This document shows, in pieces, positions 10,263 through 20,082 of a DNA stretch of 64,000 nucleotides (positions within the stretch are counted from its first letter, which is position 1; the number at the start of each line of letters is the position of its first letter). Under the pieces are notes generated by a model. It had not been told where the DNA came from, searched no databases, and saw nothing but the letters and a program-made list of their open reading frames with translations. This stretch comes from a virus (lineage: Duplodnaviria; Caudoviricetes). The position numbers and the translations under genes are program-made. The stretch is from the IMG/VR virus record IMGVR_UViG_3300049320_000001, positions 17,655 to 81,654 of that record; one strand, given 5' to 3'.

Positions 10263-10712
10263 ATGCCTGGGTTCACTCCTGTCGTCTCTGCCTCTGTCAC
10301 GCGGGCGCAGTTGTCCCTGGCTGACCTCAACCTGTCGGACCACACGAACTTCTACGTCTCCGGGGACATCTTCGGCGGGACCGTCACGTGGCGGCGTACC
10401 ACCGTCAAGAGCCCCTACGTGGAGAGCGAGTTCACCACCAACCGAGTGCGCGGGATCGTGGAGGACAAGTTCGGGGTCAACGTCATCGGGACGGACCAGG
10501 TCACCATGGCCAACAACATCGCCGTCCTGATCGCTGCCTTCTCCCAGGACACCTTCAACCTGACTGTCCAGTTGGACTCCCAGCCCTACACCTACGCCTG
10601 TGAGGCCTCGGACTACACGATGGACTGGAGCATCGGACGGATGCACTCCCTCCAGACCGAGATCAAGTTTCAGTTGCGACGGTCACCCGTCCCGATCAAC
10701 GGACCTATCTGA
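10263..10712 (+). CDS. Distal tail / minor tail protein
   Basis: Directly after the tape measure; beta-rich, 149 aa. Confidence 0.6.
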   Translation: MPGFTPVVSASVTRAQLSLADLNLSDHTNFYVSGDIFGGTVTWRRTTVKSPYVESEFTTNRVRGIVEDKFGVNVIGTDQVTMANNIAVLIAAFSQDTFNLTVQLDSQPYTYACEASDYTMDWSIGRMHSLQTEIKFQLRRSPVPINGPI

Positions 10713-11152
10713 TGGCATCGAACGTCACTGACTGGGGTGAGAACGCCTTCCTGGGCGCTCTCATCGGAGCCACCTCTGCGGTCCCTGGGACCTTCTACAT
10801 GGGGCTGCTCACCCAGGCCCCTGTGGCTTCTGACGACGGCACCACCGTCATGGAGCCGCTTTCCGCCTCGGGGTACTCCAGGGTCAGTTTCAGCAACTCC
10901 TCTTCCTTCTGGAGTGCTGCTTCCGGTGGCGTGGTGATCAACACCGGAACGATCACCTTCCCCATCGCCTCTGCTGACTGGACAGTCGTGACCCACTACG
11001 GGCTCTTCACGGCAGCAACAGCAGGCAACATGTACATGTACGCCCCTTTGCAACTCCCACGAGTGGTTCAGGCAGGCCACTTGTGCAAGTTCGATCCAGG
11101 CCAGTTGTCCATCTCTCTGCAAGGCGCACGTCAGACCATCATGTCCAGTTAG
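10712..11152 (+). CDS. Minor tail protein (paralog 1 of 3)
   Basis: FYMGLLT..P......E....GYSRVSF..N...ITFP..W..VTHYGLF.AATAGN motif, shared with 11190 and 15640. Confidence 0.7.
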   Translation: MASNVTDWGENAFLGALIGATSAVPGTFYMGLLTQAPVASDDGTTVMEPLSASGYSRVSFSNSSSFWSAASGGVVINTGTITFPIASADWTVVTHYGLFTAATAGNMYMYAPLQLPRVVQAGHLCKFDPGQLSISLQGARQTIMSS

Positions 11153-11189
11153 CGTTAGACAACGCTGCGCCACCTGAGAGGATGTCACT

Positions 11190-11570
11190 GTGGCTGCTCT
11201 TTCGACTTACCTAGAGAACGCTCTGCTGAACGAGACTCTGCGGAACGTCGGCTACACCCCCGCTGCCACCGTGTACCTGGCCCTCTACACCACGAACCCC
11301 ACGGTGGCCGACTCAGGTACTGAGGTCACAGGTGGGTCCTACGCCCGACCATCTGTGGCCTTCGCTGCGGCTTCCGGTGGCATCTGCACCAACTCCGCGC
11401 TCATCACCATCACCAACATGCCTGCGGTCACGGTGACCTACATGGGTATTCGGGACGCCGCTACGGCGGGCAACTTGCTGTACTTCGGTGCTCTGTCCAC
11501 CGCCAAGACCCTCAACGCTGGTGATGCCTTCGTCGTCCAGGTCGGGGACCTCTCCGTCGCTCTCTCGTAG
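11190..11570 (+). CDS. Minor tail protein (paralog 2 of 3)
   Basis: VYLALYTTNPT...GTEVTGGSYARPSVAF..N..TVTYMGIRDAATAGN. Confidence 0.75.
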   Translation: MAALSTYLENALLNETLRNVGYTPAATVYLALYTTNPTVADSGTEVTGGSYARPSVAFAAASGGICTNSALITITNMPAVTVTYMGIRDAATAGNLLYFGALSTAKTLNAGDAFVVQVGDLSVALS

Positions 11571-11576
11571 GTCCCG

Positions 11577-13544
11577 ATGCAGAGCATCGTCAACGGAATC
11601 TGGGCCGAGGACTTCAACTACGGCTATCCCTATGGGAACTCCACCCTCACTGCTACGGCTAACGCTATGCGAAACCGTAGGTTCCTCCCGCCTGAGTTCA
11701 CCTACTCCGGGACCATCGTGTCTCCTCGGGGGGTTATCTCCTCCACCAGGTACGCCAGGACTGACTTTCAGATCCACTACCTGACCCCCGCGACCGAGCC
11801 CAACAACCTGGACACCTCCAGTCATGGTGGGGCGCACTCCCTGGCTCCGTACTACCTCAGGTTCCCGAGGTTGGTGTGGAACGAGACCCAGATGCTGACG
11901 TTGGACATCACGCTCTTCGCTGATGGCACGCTGACCTACGACCGGGCCTACGACGGGCACAAGAACGACCGCTTTCTCCTGATGGTCAACGGGCGTGAAC
12001 GCCGCACCGTCACCCACACCGCAGGGCACTCCTGGGTAACCGACTCCACCTTGCTGAGGAAGGGTCGCAACAGGATCAGTTGGGTGATCAAGACCGCCAC
12101 CTACGTTCCGCCCGTCACCCGTAACGGTGTCACGGTCAGCACCACCCCTCCGACCGTGAGTCGCTCCTTCCGGCTGTGCCGGTTCAGCATCCAGAACGTC
12201 AACACCTTCCCTGGCGGAACAGTCGGGCTGCGAGGTGCCCCGGTCTACATCGACCTGGATGCGACAGGCACAGCCACCTTCACTGGCAGAAGGGGGGCAC
12301 GGGGACAGGTCAGCCTGCGTACCAACTCCACACTGGGCTACAAGGCCAAGCCAGCCATGGCGTCGATGAACGGCGCGGCCAGTGTCACCTTCACACTCCG
12401 CTCGAACACCAACGCCCAGTGCGCGATGCTGGGCGAATCCTTGTTCGGGCAGACCGGCGCGGTCTCCTTCAGCCATGCGGCCAATGACTGCCCCATCGAG
12501 GTGAACTCCACCGGGGCACTCACTGTGGCGGTGCCCTTCAACACCCCGCAGACGGTCACCAGCCTGATCCGCAACCTCCAGTCGGTCAGCCTGACGATGA
12601 ACACCCCGGTGTTCATCAAGGGCCTGCCGATGATGCCCAAGTACCAGAACACCCAGGTCACCAACATCAGCACGGCTGGTGGCTACGTCTACACCGACCC
12701 GGTCTCACCCACTTCGATCAACCACGTCTATCCCATCGCTGCTCCTAAGTACCGATGGGTGGCAACCGACATCGCTGGTGCAGACAACGCTCAGGTTCTC
12801 ACCTGGCCAGAGCACGGTGGGACCGGACCTTCCTGGGTGTCCACCACCGCCTACGCCCCCACGATCAACCCGCACGAGCGGTACAGCGACCTCACGGGCA
12901 CCTACACCACCTACTCCAGGACGGTGCGCTTCTACAGCGACAACCTGGACCACATGTGGCTGACCATGCCAGCCAACGCCTTCCCCACCACCGTCACCAA
13001 CGTGACGCCCTTCCAGCCCTACTCCTGGGTCATCGTGGCCATGGTCCACCCGATGTTCGCTGAAGAGCCCAACGTCATCCTGGATGCCTTCCTCAACGGG
13101 GCGACCCCCACGGACTACTCCGAGCAGATCGAGATGGATGACGTAGACATCGACGTCAACGACGGGACAGGAGGGTGGCGCTCCACCATCCGGCTCCAGA
13201 ACGAACATGCCTGGTTGCAGAGCAACAACACCACTGCTCTCTATGGGCGGTTCGTCCACAACTACAAGCCGGTGGTCTACACGGGGGTCTTCAACGGGGC
13301 CAGTTCGTCCCTGACAGGCTGGGGGACCAACTACATGCAGAAGATGTCGGGGTCTGTCGGCGCTGGCTCGAACTACCAGCAGGGCTTCGTGCTGGGGCGG
13401 CGTACCAACCACTACTGGCGGCGCAACTCCTCCAACATGACAGTGTTCGAGGTCGCCTTCTACAACCGGGCCATCTCTGCTACCGAAACCATGGTGCTGA
13501 GCCAGTACCTCATGGGCGTCTACAAGTTTGATAGTTACCAATGA
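11577..13544 (+). CDS. Minor tail protein, probable C-terminal LamG/concanavalin-like lectin domain
   Basis: 655 aa, Thr/beta-rich; C-terminal VYTGVFNGASSS..FVLG..FEVAFYNRAIS..YLM pattern. Confidence 0.6.
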   Translation: MQSIVNGIWAEDFNYGYPYGNSTLTATANAMRNRRFLPPEFTYSGTIVSPRGVISSTRYARTDFQIHYLTPATEPNNLDTSSHGGAHSLAPYYLRFPRLVWNETQMLTLDITLFADGTLTYDRAYDGHKNDRFLLMVNGRERRTVTHTAGHSWVTDSTLLRKGRNRISWVIKTATYVPPVTRNGVTVSTTPPTVSRSFRLCRFSIQNVNTFPGGTVGLRGAPVYIDLDATGTATFTGRRGARGQVSLRTNSTLGYKAKPAMASMNGAASVTFTLRSNTNAQCAMLGESLFGQTGAVSFSHAANDCPIEVNSTGALTVAVPFNTPQTVTSLIRNLQSVSLTMNTPVFIKGLPMMPKYQNTQVTNISTAGGYVYTDPVSPTSINHVYPIAAPKYRWVATDIAGADNAQVLTWPEHGGTGPSWVSTTAYAPTINPHERYSDLTGTYTTYSRTVRFYSDNLDHMWLTMPANAFPTTVTNVTPFQPYSWVIVAMVHPMFAEEPNVILDAFLNGATPTDYSEQIEMDDVDIDVNDGTGGWRSTIRLQNEHAWLQSNNTTALYGRFVHNYKPVVYTGVFNGASSSLTGWGTNYMQKMSGSVGAGSNYQQGFVLGRRTNHYWRRNSSNMTVFEVAFYNRAISATETMVLSQYLMGVYKFDSYQ

Positions 13545-15643
13545 GTAGCAAGTGGACAGTCGCCTCTACCACCCGCTCCACGCTGGGTCGGTTCCAGATC
13601 GTCTTCGGCCCTCCGGGTGGGGCGCAGAAGGACGTCACCTTCTTCCGTGACATCCCAACCGTGCTGGAGACCTACTCCAGCGCTGATCCCTTCGGGGACT
13701 CCACCATCTCGATGTCCTTCCCGCAGATCACGATCTTCGATGAGATCGGTGAGGGGGAGTTGTCCTGGCTCAACGACTTCTCCGACATCGACATCTACAT
13801 CGTGCCTCCGGGAGCAGCCAACCCGGCACTGGGGACAGACACCCGCATCAAGGTCTGGGAGGGCTTCCTCACCTCCATGGACTGGGTAGCCAACGAGGAC
13901 TCATCGGCCCTGCACATCCAGGGCCAAGGAGCGCTCTTCCAGGGCGACAAGTACGTGCAGGGGCCGACCTTCCCCCCGCGTCCGGTGACCTACGAGCGGC
14001 TCATTAGGCTGGCTCTGGATCCTGCCAAGCGCCCGCATCTGCGTACCAAGCCGGTCCAGATCGTCTGGCCTGCTGGCTGGACCAAGGTGCAGCCTGCTGG
14101 GGCTGTCACGATGTTCACCCCGTACGGGACTGCTCCTGGCGAGAAGATCTCCGGCTACACCACACGCTCGACAGGGTCGTGGGACCGCACCCTCACCTCC
14201 TACATCCAGAACATGCTCCAGGTGATGTACACGGACACGGGCGACCAGTGGACGATGTACAAGAACACCGGCAGGCAGCCTGTTCTCACCGTTCGTCAGC
14301 GCAGCGCCACCCCCCAGTATTCGGTGTGGGCCTCCCAGCCGGGTGTGCAGATGAACATCAGCCGCGACATGACCCAGTACGCCAACATCGTCTTCGGCCA
14401 GGGGATCGACAGCAACGGCGCTGAGTTCCACCGGCAGATCATCTCCAGGGATGGGGCCACCACCACCTACGAGCCGATGGCCTCCGACCCTCGCGTCTAT
14501 CCCGAGGTCTCCCTCACCAACCCCCGGTTCGACAACCACATCATGCGGGTCGAGACCTTCGTCAAGTACGACAACGGCTTCAATGAGCGCCAGGCCTTGG
14601 TCTCGGCCAAGAAGACGCTCCAGAACGACATGGACCCTGGGTTCTCCGGTGAGATGACACTGACCATCGACCCAGTCGGTGGATCCCGGTACCTGATCAA
14701 GGCTGGGGAGAAGATCACGGTCAAGTACCTGGTCGGCAGCGGCAGCACTGGGGTGACGTTCCACATCGCAGAGGTGAACGTCAACGTCGTAGATGGGTCG
14801 GTGTCGCTGAAGATCGACACCAAGTTCCGGGACCTGCTGACCCTGGAGGAGTCCCTCGTCCGGGCACGTGACCCGCTCACCCCGGTCAAGATGCTCCAGA
14901 TCAACAAGCGCTCGCAGTTGATCCAGGACGTCCTCGCCCCCTGGGACTACAGCAAGGGGTCGGGCTACGTGCCCAAGGCCTCGATCCCCTACTACCGCAA
15001 CGTCCCTTCGACAGAGCGGTTCCCCTACCCCGCCCAGGCGGTCAAGTACAACCCTCGCCTCTACCCGACCTTCTACGTGAAGGTCAACGCCAACGCTGGG
15101 CTGGCGAACAACAGGTGGACCGTGCGGGTGCCGATCAGGATGGCCCAGCGGGTGGACATCAGGCACACCCAGTTCTGCGCCTACGACATCGCGGGAAACC
15201 GGGTCCGCTGCCCGTTCCACATCTCCTTCTACTACAACCCGGTGGGTGTGGACCAGATGCCTCGGGGCGACAACGGGCAGCACAGTCCGTTCATCCCGAA
15301 CGCCTTCGAGTCCACCAATCAGTACGGCGAGCCCATCCCTGCCGGGACTCCTGGTGCGGTCCGCATCCCCGACCAGAGCCTCATCATCGGCTGGGGCAAC
15401 CACGACCAGCCTGCTGGCTACTCTCCCGGCTCCCACTCCTCAGGTGACCCTGCCACTGGGATGCTGGTAGACGACGTCTCCTGGAGTGCTGACCTCACCA
15501 GGAACCAGTCCTTCGACCTGAACCCGGCTATGGCGGGCAAGGAGACCGAAGAGTCCATCACCATCTACGCGAACTTCTACGCGGAGTGGCACACCCCGGT
15601 CTACTTCATGGGCCGTCTGTTCAGGAAGGAGCCTGGGACATGA
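13541..15643 (+). CDS. Tail hub / large minor tail protein
   Basis: 700 aa in the tail cluster; KVWEGFL..YANIVFGQG..FSGEMTL hub-like layout. Confidence 0.6.
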   Translation: MSSKWTVASTTRSTLGRFQIVFGPPGGAQKDVTFFRDIPTVLETYSSADPFGDSTISMSFPQITIFDEIGEGELSWLNDFSDIDIYIVPPGAANPALGTDTRIKVWEGFLTSMDWVANEDSSALHIQGQGALFQGDKYVQGPTFPPRPVTYERLIRLALDPAKRPHLRTKPVQIVWPAGWTKVQPAGAVTMFTPYGTAPGEKISGYTTRSTGSWDRTLTSYIQNMLQVMYTDTGDQWTMYKNTGRQPVLTVRQRSATPQYSVWASQPGVQMNISRDMTQYANIVFGQGIDSNGAEFHRQIISRDGATTTYEPMASDPRVYPEVSLTNPRFDNHIMRVETFVKYDNGFNERQALVSAKKTLQNDMDPGFSGEMTLTIDPVGGSRYLIKAGEKITVKYLVGSGSTGVTFHIAEVNVNVVDGSVSLKIDTKFRDLLTLEESLVRARDPLTPVKMLQINKRSQLIQDVLAPWDYSKGSGYVPKASIPYYRNVPSTERFPYPAQAVKYNPRLYPTFYVKVNANAGLANNRWTVRVPIRMAQRVDIRHTQFCAYDIAGNRVRCPFHISFYYNPVGVDQMPRGDNGQHSPFIPNAFESTNQYGEPIPAGTPGAVRIPDQSLIIGWGNHDQPAGYSPGSHSSGDPATGMLVDDVSWSADLTRNQSFDLNPAMAGKETEESITIYANFYAEWHTPVYFMGRLFRKEPGT

Positions 15644-16002
15644 GCATGACCAACTCTCTTGCTGCCAGCATCCTCACGGCCTACTACGTCACCCCAGTGA
15701 TCTACCTAGGGCTGCACTCAGCAGACCCCACCACCAGTGGCAACGGTGCTACCGAGATCGCTGGTGGCTCCTACACCCGGCAGCGGATCATCTTCGGTGC
15801 ACCTTCCAACCGTGCAGTGGCCAACGACAACCAGATCATCTTCCTGAACCTCCCGGCCACTACGGTGACCTGGTTCGGGATCTGGAGTGCTTCCACGGGT
15901 GGTACCTGTCGCCACACCATCCAGGCGGGTGCTGGGTTGACCTTCAGTTCCGGTGGGACTCTGGTCATCCCGGTTAGTGACATCGCAATCACACTCGCAT
16001 AG
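15640..16002 (+). CDS. Minor tail protein (paralog 3 of 3)
   Basis: IYLGLHSADPT..ATEIAGGSYTRQRIIFG..N..TVTWFGIWSASTGG. Confidence 0.7.
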   Translation: MSMTNSLAASILTAYYVTPVIYLGLHSADPTTSGNGATEIAGGSYTRQRIIFGAPSNRAVANDNQIIFLNLPATTVTWFGIWSASTGGTCRHTIQAGAGLTFSSGGTLVIPVSDIAITLA

Positions 16003-16023
16003 TGTGGGGGTACCTAGAGAGGG

Positions 16024-16293
16024 ATGGCTATGTCCAAAGTGAGTGAAGCCCTTGCCAGGCCTACTCGTACCGGTACGCAGTTCGGTGCCGCCGAGATCCT
16101 GGTGCAGTTCGTGGAGGCCTTTCTCAGGGACCTCAACGAGGCTCAGCACGTGGCCCTGGTAGGTGTACTGACCCTGGTGGTTGGCACGATCCAGGTCCTC
16201 ATCGAGAACAAGACCGGCGTGGGCTTCCTGCGCCAGGTGCCTCCTACTGAGGTGCCTGTCATCGATCCCCCCGCAGACGGGCCGGAGGACTGA
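16024..16293 (+). CDS. Small membrane protein upstream of endolysin (holin-like)
   Basis: Hydrophobic segment VALVGVLTLVVGTIQVLI; adjacent to the lysin. Confidence 0.5.
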   Translation: MAMSKVSEALARPTRTGTQFGAAEILVQFVEAFLRDLNEAQHVALVGVLTLVVGTIQVLIENKTGVGFLRQVPPTEVPVIDPPADGPED

Positions 16294-16988
16294 TGGCAAC
16301 CTCGTACAACGGTTGGCCTGCCTCAGCAGACCCGGCAGCCATCAACATCAACCGCAACGCGGTTGCACGTGGAACGACGGTCAGGTTCCCGGCTGGCCTC
16401 AAGAACGGCGATGTGGCCTTCGTCCTGGGGTACGTGGCCGGGGAACTCCACAAGCGAGTCGAGCGTGCCGGGACGGGGGTGTGGGGCTACGCCTACCGGC
16501 AGAACCGCAACGCCCGCAACCTGTCCTGTCATGCCTCGGGGACTGCCTTCGACTGGAACGCCCCTCGGCACCCCAACGGCAAGTCGGGCACCTTCACGTC
16601 CAGGCAGAAGGCCACCATCCACGCGATCCTCAACGAGGTCGAGCACGCGGTGAAGTGGGGCGGGGACTTCACCGGCACCAAGGACGAGATGCACTTCGAG
16701 ATCTGCGTCGGTGCTCGGGACCTGGCTGCCATCGCCAAGCGGCTACGGGCTCGGCTTGCTGCCCAGCGCCCTGTCCCGGCCTGGTGGACCACCAACCTGC
16801 GTCGTGGGATGACCAACCGCTCGGACATCCGCATCGTGCGGCAGAAGTTGCACCTCCCACTGGACGGGAGCGCCAACGATGACGACTTCGACGCCGAACT
16901 CGATGGTTACGTCCGTCGCTTCCAGCAGAGGTCTGGACTGGAGCCTGACGGAGTCGTGGGCAAACTGACAGCGAAGGTGTTGGGCTAA
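16293..16988 (+). CDS. Endolysin: M15-family Zn peptidase plus peptidoglycan-binding domain
   Basis: SYNGWPAS start, WGYAYR..LSCHASGTAFD..WGGDF..DEMHFE catalytic motifs; C-terminal VRRFQQRSGLEPDGVVG PG-binding motif. Confidence 0.88.
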   Translation: MATSYNGWPASADPAAININRNAVARGTTVRFPAGLKNGDVAFVLGYVAGELHKRVERAGTGVWGYAYRQNRNARNLSCHASGTAFDWNAPRHPNGKSGTFTSRQKATIHAILNEVEHAVKWGGDFTGTKDEMHFEICVGARDLAAIAKRLRARLAAQRPVPAWWTTNLRRGMTNRSDIRIVRQKLHLPLDGSANDDDFDAELDGYVRRFQQRSGLEPDGVVGKLTAKVLG

Positions 16989-17245
16989 TGGACCCCAAGG
17001 CGGGATACCTCTCCACAGAGTTCTGGACCACCCTCCTGGTGCACGTGGCGGCTATCGCCTCGCTGTTCTTGGACGTGGAGCCGATGGTGTCGGTAGCAGC
17101 CCTGGCTGCCGCTGGCGTCTCTCAGGCGCTCTACAGCCTCTCCCGGAGCCAGGCCAAGGTGGCGAGTACCCAGGCGGCTGCCCAGGTCGTCTCCACGCAG
17201 GCTGCGGTGGCTCAGATGTACGAGGACGAACGCGAACAGTCCTAG
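16988..17245 (+). CDS. Holin-like membrane protein
   Basis: KAGYLSTEFW start, two hydrophobic helices, directly after the lysin. Confidence 0.7.
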   Translation: MDPKAGYLSTEFWTTLLVHVAAIASLFLDVEPMVSVAALAAAGVSQALYSLSRSQAKVASTQAAAQVVSTQAAVAQMYEDEREQS

Positions 17246-17250
17246 AACGC

Positions 17251-17296
17251 AAAGAAGCCCCCTCCCCGACCCGAAGGTCAGAGAGGGGGCTTCTTT
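17251..17296. terminator. Bidirectional intrinsic terminator between convergent arms
   Basis: AAAGAAGCCCCCTC(17251-64)...GAGGGGGCTTCTTT(17283-96) perfect inverted repeat. Confidence 0.85.
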
Positions 17297-17335
17297 GTCT
17301 TGAGGGTGTGTTACTCCAGGGGTTGGAGCCAGGCG

Positions 17336-17545
17336 CTACGCGACGCCCATCTCTTCCTTGGCCTGCTGGTACAACGCGTCGTACTCGGCCTTGTGACGGG
17401 ACTTGAGCACTGAGCCAGCAAGAGCAGCGGCCTGCGCCTGCTTCTTGTTGCGCTCGACCTTCTCCTGCTCGGTCAGCCCAAGTCCCTTCGGACCCCTTCG
17501 GTGTGTGATCTCATCCCTGAGGGACTTCTTGGGGGTATCAGTCAC
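17336..17545 (-). CDS. Small basic hypothetical protein
   Basis: GTG start with AAGGA RBS (VTDTPKKS..EEMGVA). Confidence 0.6.
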   Translation of the reverse strand: MTDTPKKSLRDEITHRRGPKGLGLTEQEKVERNKKQAQAAALAGSVLKSRHKAEYDALYQQAKEEMGVA

Positions 17546-17654
17546 TTTCCTTGACTCCTTCGATTTCCGTGATGATGAGGCCGATGATAGCCACAAGCAG
17601 TTTACCTGCTTTGACCAGGGCTTCCTTACTGGGAGCCTTCAACTTCTTACACAT
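17538..17654 (-). CDS. Small membrane peptide (MCKKLKAPSKEALVKAGKLLVAIIGLII..)
   Basis: Fills the gap and overlaps both neighbours. Confidence 0.45.
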   Translation of the reverse strand: MCKKLKAPSKEALVKAGKLLVAIIGLIITEIEGVKESD

Positions 17655-17928
17655 CGGCACCACATCCCTCACATTGGCAAACCCAAGGTGACCACCACCT
17701 AAGGTCTCCCGTGGACATCCACTGGACATACGTGGCTGTCATGGGGTGGTCTTTCACTGCATCTGTCGCGCAGTTCTGACAGAGCGCTATCTCCTCGGCC
17801 ATGGGTACGGCCTGGGAGAAGTCGATGCTCTGGGCATTACACCTCAAGCACCGCCGTGAGACAGGGGGTAGGTGTCTCTCGGCATCCTTGACCCACCACC
17901 TTTCGGGCGTCTCATCTGTGACGTCCAC
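17647..17928 (-). CDS. Cys-rich (CxxC x3) hypothetical protein
   Basis: CLRC, CQNC, CQCEGC motifs. Confidence 0.55.
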   Translation of the reverse strand: MDVTDETPERWWVKDAERHLPPVSRRCLRCNAQSIDFSQAVPMAEEIALCQNCATDAVKDHPMTATYVQWMSTGDLRWWSPWVCQCEGCGADV

Positions 17929-17973
17929 AGCGACTCCCTAGAAACGAAGAAAGACCCACGAATGGGTCTCTCC

Positions 17974-18489
17974 TCATGCTGACTTGCGGACTGGTACGAC
18001 TGCCTTGCTGTTGCTGATCTTGTAGCCAGGTCGAAGACCTCGCATGGTGTAGATCCAGCGCTGGCACTCACTCACGTACCGCCACTCGTTCATCTCTCCC
18101 GACTCGATGATGTCGAGGATGGCCGACCAGAATCCGTCCCTGATGGAGTCAACGGCCCCCTCTTCGCGCAGTCGATCGCGTGTCTTCCACACAACCGGTG
18201 GGGGCATGACCCCCGGCACGTACTGGATGGCTTGGTCGAAACCACCGAGGACTCTGACCATCTCCTCGAAGTCGAGGGGGTAGATGTCCACGTAGTCGAT
18301 GACGATCTTTAGTACCTGCTTGAACGAGGAGTCGGCACCACGATTGAGGTGAAGTGCCCGTACTCGCTCGACCAGCGGGCGCTGTGACTTACCCGCCATG
18401 GCTAGGACTTCTTGGGACTCCTGCAAGACCGCTTCGGTCAAGTTTCCGCCCTGTCCGTAGTCAAAGGTGAACGACGGCTTGTCGCTCAT
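17974..18489 (-). CDS. Hypothetical protein
   Basis: GGAGG RBS; coding-like codon usage. Confidence 0.65.
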   Translation of the reverse strand: MSDKPSFTFDYGQGGNLTEAVLQESQEVLAMAGKSQRPLVERVRALHLNRGADSSFKQVLKIVIDYVDIYPLDFEEMVRVLGGFDQAIQYVPGVMPPPVVWKTRDRLREEGAVDSIRDGFWSAILDIIESGEMNEWRYVSECQRWIYTMRGLRPGYKISNSKAVVPVRKSA

Positions 18490-18565
18490 GGTTGCCTCCT
18501 CTCTCGTCTAGGTAGATGGAACAACCACCTACATGATCTCACACCCTATACACCATGGTCAACTG

Positions 18566-19072
18566 TTACACCAGAGCAGGCTCCGTGGGGCAGTCCTTGA
18601 CCCGGTCGAAGAAGTCCTCCACCTTCTTGTTGAAGGCGTCGAGTTCCCGCTGCGCCGCATCGAGGTCCCTCTGCGCCGCTTCCAGCCTGTGCCGCTTGAT
18701 GGCGACGACCCACTGGGAGCGGAGCGACTTCTCCTCGCTCTCCATGGTGTTGCCGTAGAAGGAGAGGAAGGTGCCGTGGAGGACACCGGGGATGGAGAAC
18801 CCGTAGTGACGAACCACGGACCACGCTGGCCTGCGGAGGAGGAAGATCCACCCGAAGAGGTACTTGCTGCGGTGCCGAGTCACCAGGTCGAACATGGCCT
18901 GGCGGAAGTCCCCTGCGCGCTCTTCCTGGAGGTAGACCTGCCCCAGGACGCACATGTAGATGGACAGCAGGTCGAGGCGGTTGGTGTCCACCTTGTTCTC
19001 CCAGCCGGGGTGGTGCTTGTCGAGGTAGGCCATCCCTCGATTGATCTTCTTGTTGTAGTTCACAGTTCGCAT
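18566..19072 (-). CDS. Hypothetical protein with C-terminal coiled coil
   Basis: GGAGG RBS; GMAYLDKHHPGW..LDL..CVLGQ motif. Confidence 0.65.
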   Translation of the reverse strand: MRTVNYNKKINRGMAYLDKHHPGWENKVDTNRLDLLSIYMCVLGQVYLQEERAGDFRQAMFDLVTRHRSKYLFGWIFLLRRPAWSVVRHYGFSIPGVLHGTFLSFYGNTMESEEKSLRSQWVVAIKRHRLEAAQRDLDAAQRELDAFNKKVEDFFDRVKDCPTEPALV

Positions 19073-19076
19073 GTTG

Positions 19077-19784
19077 CTACCTCCTGAAGTCGGTCTGATC
19101 GTGGACGACGAGTCCGATGATGTCCTCGCCTGGTTGCTGTTCCTGCTGGACGACAGGAGCCTGACGGCCCTGCGTCAGAGCCAGCAGCCGTGGGGTCTGC
19201 TGCATGGCCTCCAAGATGGTCTCCTTGGGGTCGGGGAGGGAGCCGATCAGTGCTCGGGCCTCCTCGGGGATGCCGCCGTGCATGATGAGCGCACGGATGG
19301 CCTCGCTGCGCTTCTTGTCCAGAGCGTGCTTGGCGCGACTGATGACGATGTTGACGTCATCTTCGATCTCTCGAAGAGCCCGCTCCTTGCCGGTGATCTT
19401 GTAGTCCGGGCGAGGCATGTCCAGCAGGCCGCTGCCGTAACTACGACGACTCTCGCCAACCGTGATCCCGGCCTGAAGACAACGCTGCTTCCACTCCCCG
19501 AACTCGGTCTGGAAGCGCTCCTTCATCGCCACCCACTCCTCGTGGAGCCCAGCAGCGATGCCATCCAGTTCAGCGAACTGCGTGTTGACCTCCACAGTCC
19601 GCTGACGGACGAGTTCGACCTTGTACTGAGTGAGGTCTTTGATCAGCAGGTCGTAGTCCGCATTGATCAACTTCTCGATCTGCTTCTTCTCGGTGATCCC
19701 GAGAGCCTTGGTGCGGACTGGTGCTTTCGCAGCCGCTTCCGCTGCGATCCTTTCTGCCTCGGCCTCACTGGACGGTCGTGTCAT
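19077..19784 (-). CDS. Coiled-coil hypothetical protein
   Basis: Start MTRPSS coupled (ATGA) to the upstream ORF. Confidence 0.65.
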   Translation of the reverse strand: MTRPSSEAEAERIAAEAAAKAPVRTKALGITEKKQIEKLINADYDLLIKDLTQYKVELVRQRTVEVNTQFAELDGIAAGLHEEWVAMKERFQTEFGEWKQRCLQAGITVGESRRSYGSGLLDMPRPDYKITGKERALREIEDDVNIVISRAKHALDKKRSEAIRALIMHGGIPEEARALIGSLPDPKETILEAMQQTPRLLALTQGRQAPVVQQEQQPGEDIIGLVVHDQTDFRR

Positions 19785-20059
19785 CTCTTCTTCTTCCTGT
19801 CGAGGATGTCCTTGTTCCAAGCGTCGGTGCAGGGCCTGCATCTGCACCCCCAGTTGCCGTACGTCGAAGGCCTGCCGTGTGGGACCAAGTCGGGGTTGAA
19901 CAGCAGGCGCTGAGCGCGCTCCTTTCTCTGCTTCCTACAGAAGACGTTGTTGGCTTCTCGGCACAGGTCGCACCGACAGCCGAGGTTGAGGTAGCCGTTG
20001 TAGGTGCCGTGCCGTGGGTCGTCTGGTTCCAGAGGCTTGCGTTCTCTCTTGGGCGTGGT
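19781..20059 (-). CDS. Tandem HG..Y..GCRC..C zinc-binding protein lacking a canonical in-frame start
   Basis: Hand translation TTPKRERKPLEPDDPRHGTYNGYLNLGCRCDLCREAN..PHGRPSTYGNWGCRCRPCTDAW..KKR*; absent from the ORF track. Confidence 0.65.
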   Translation of the reverse strand, partial: TTPKRERKPLEPDDPRHGTYNGYLNLGCRCDLCREANNVFCRKQRKERAQRLLFNPDLVPHGRPSTYGNWGCRCRPCTDAWNKDILDRKKKR

Positions 20060-20082
20060 TCACCACCTTGAGTAGTAGGGGC

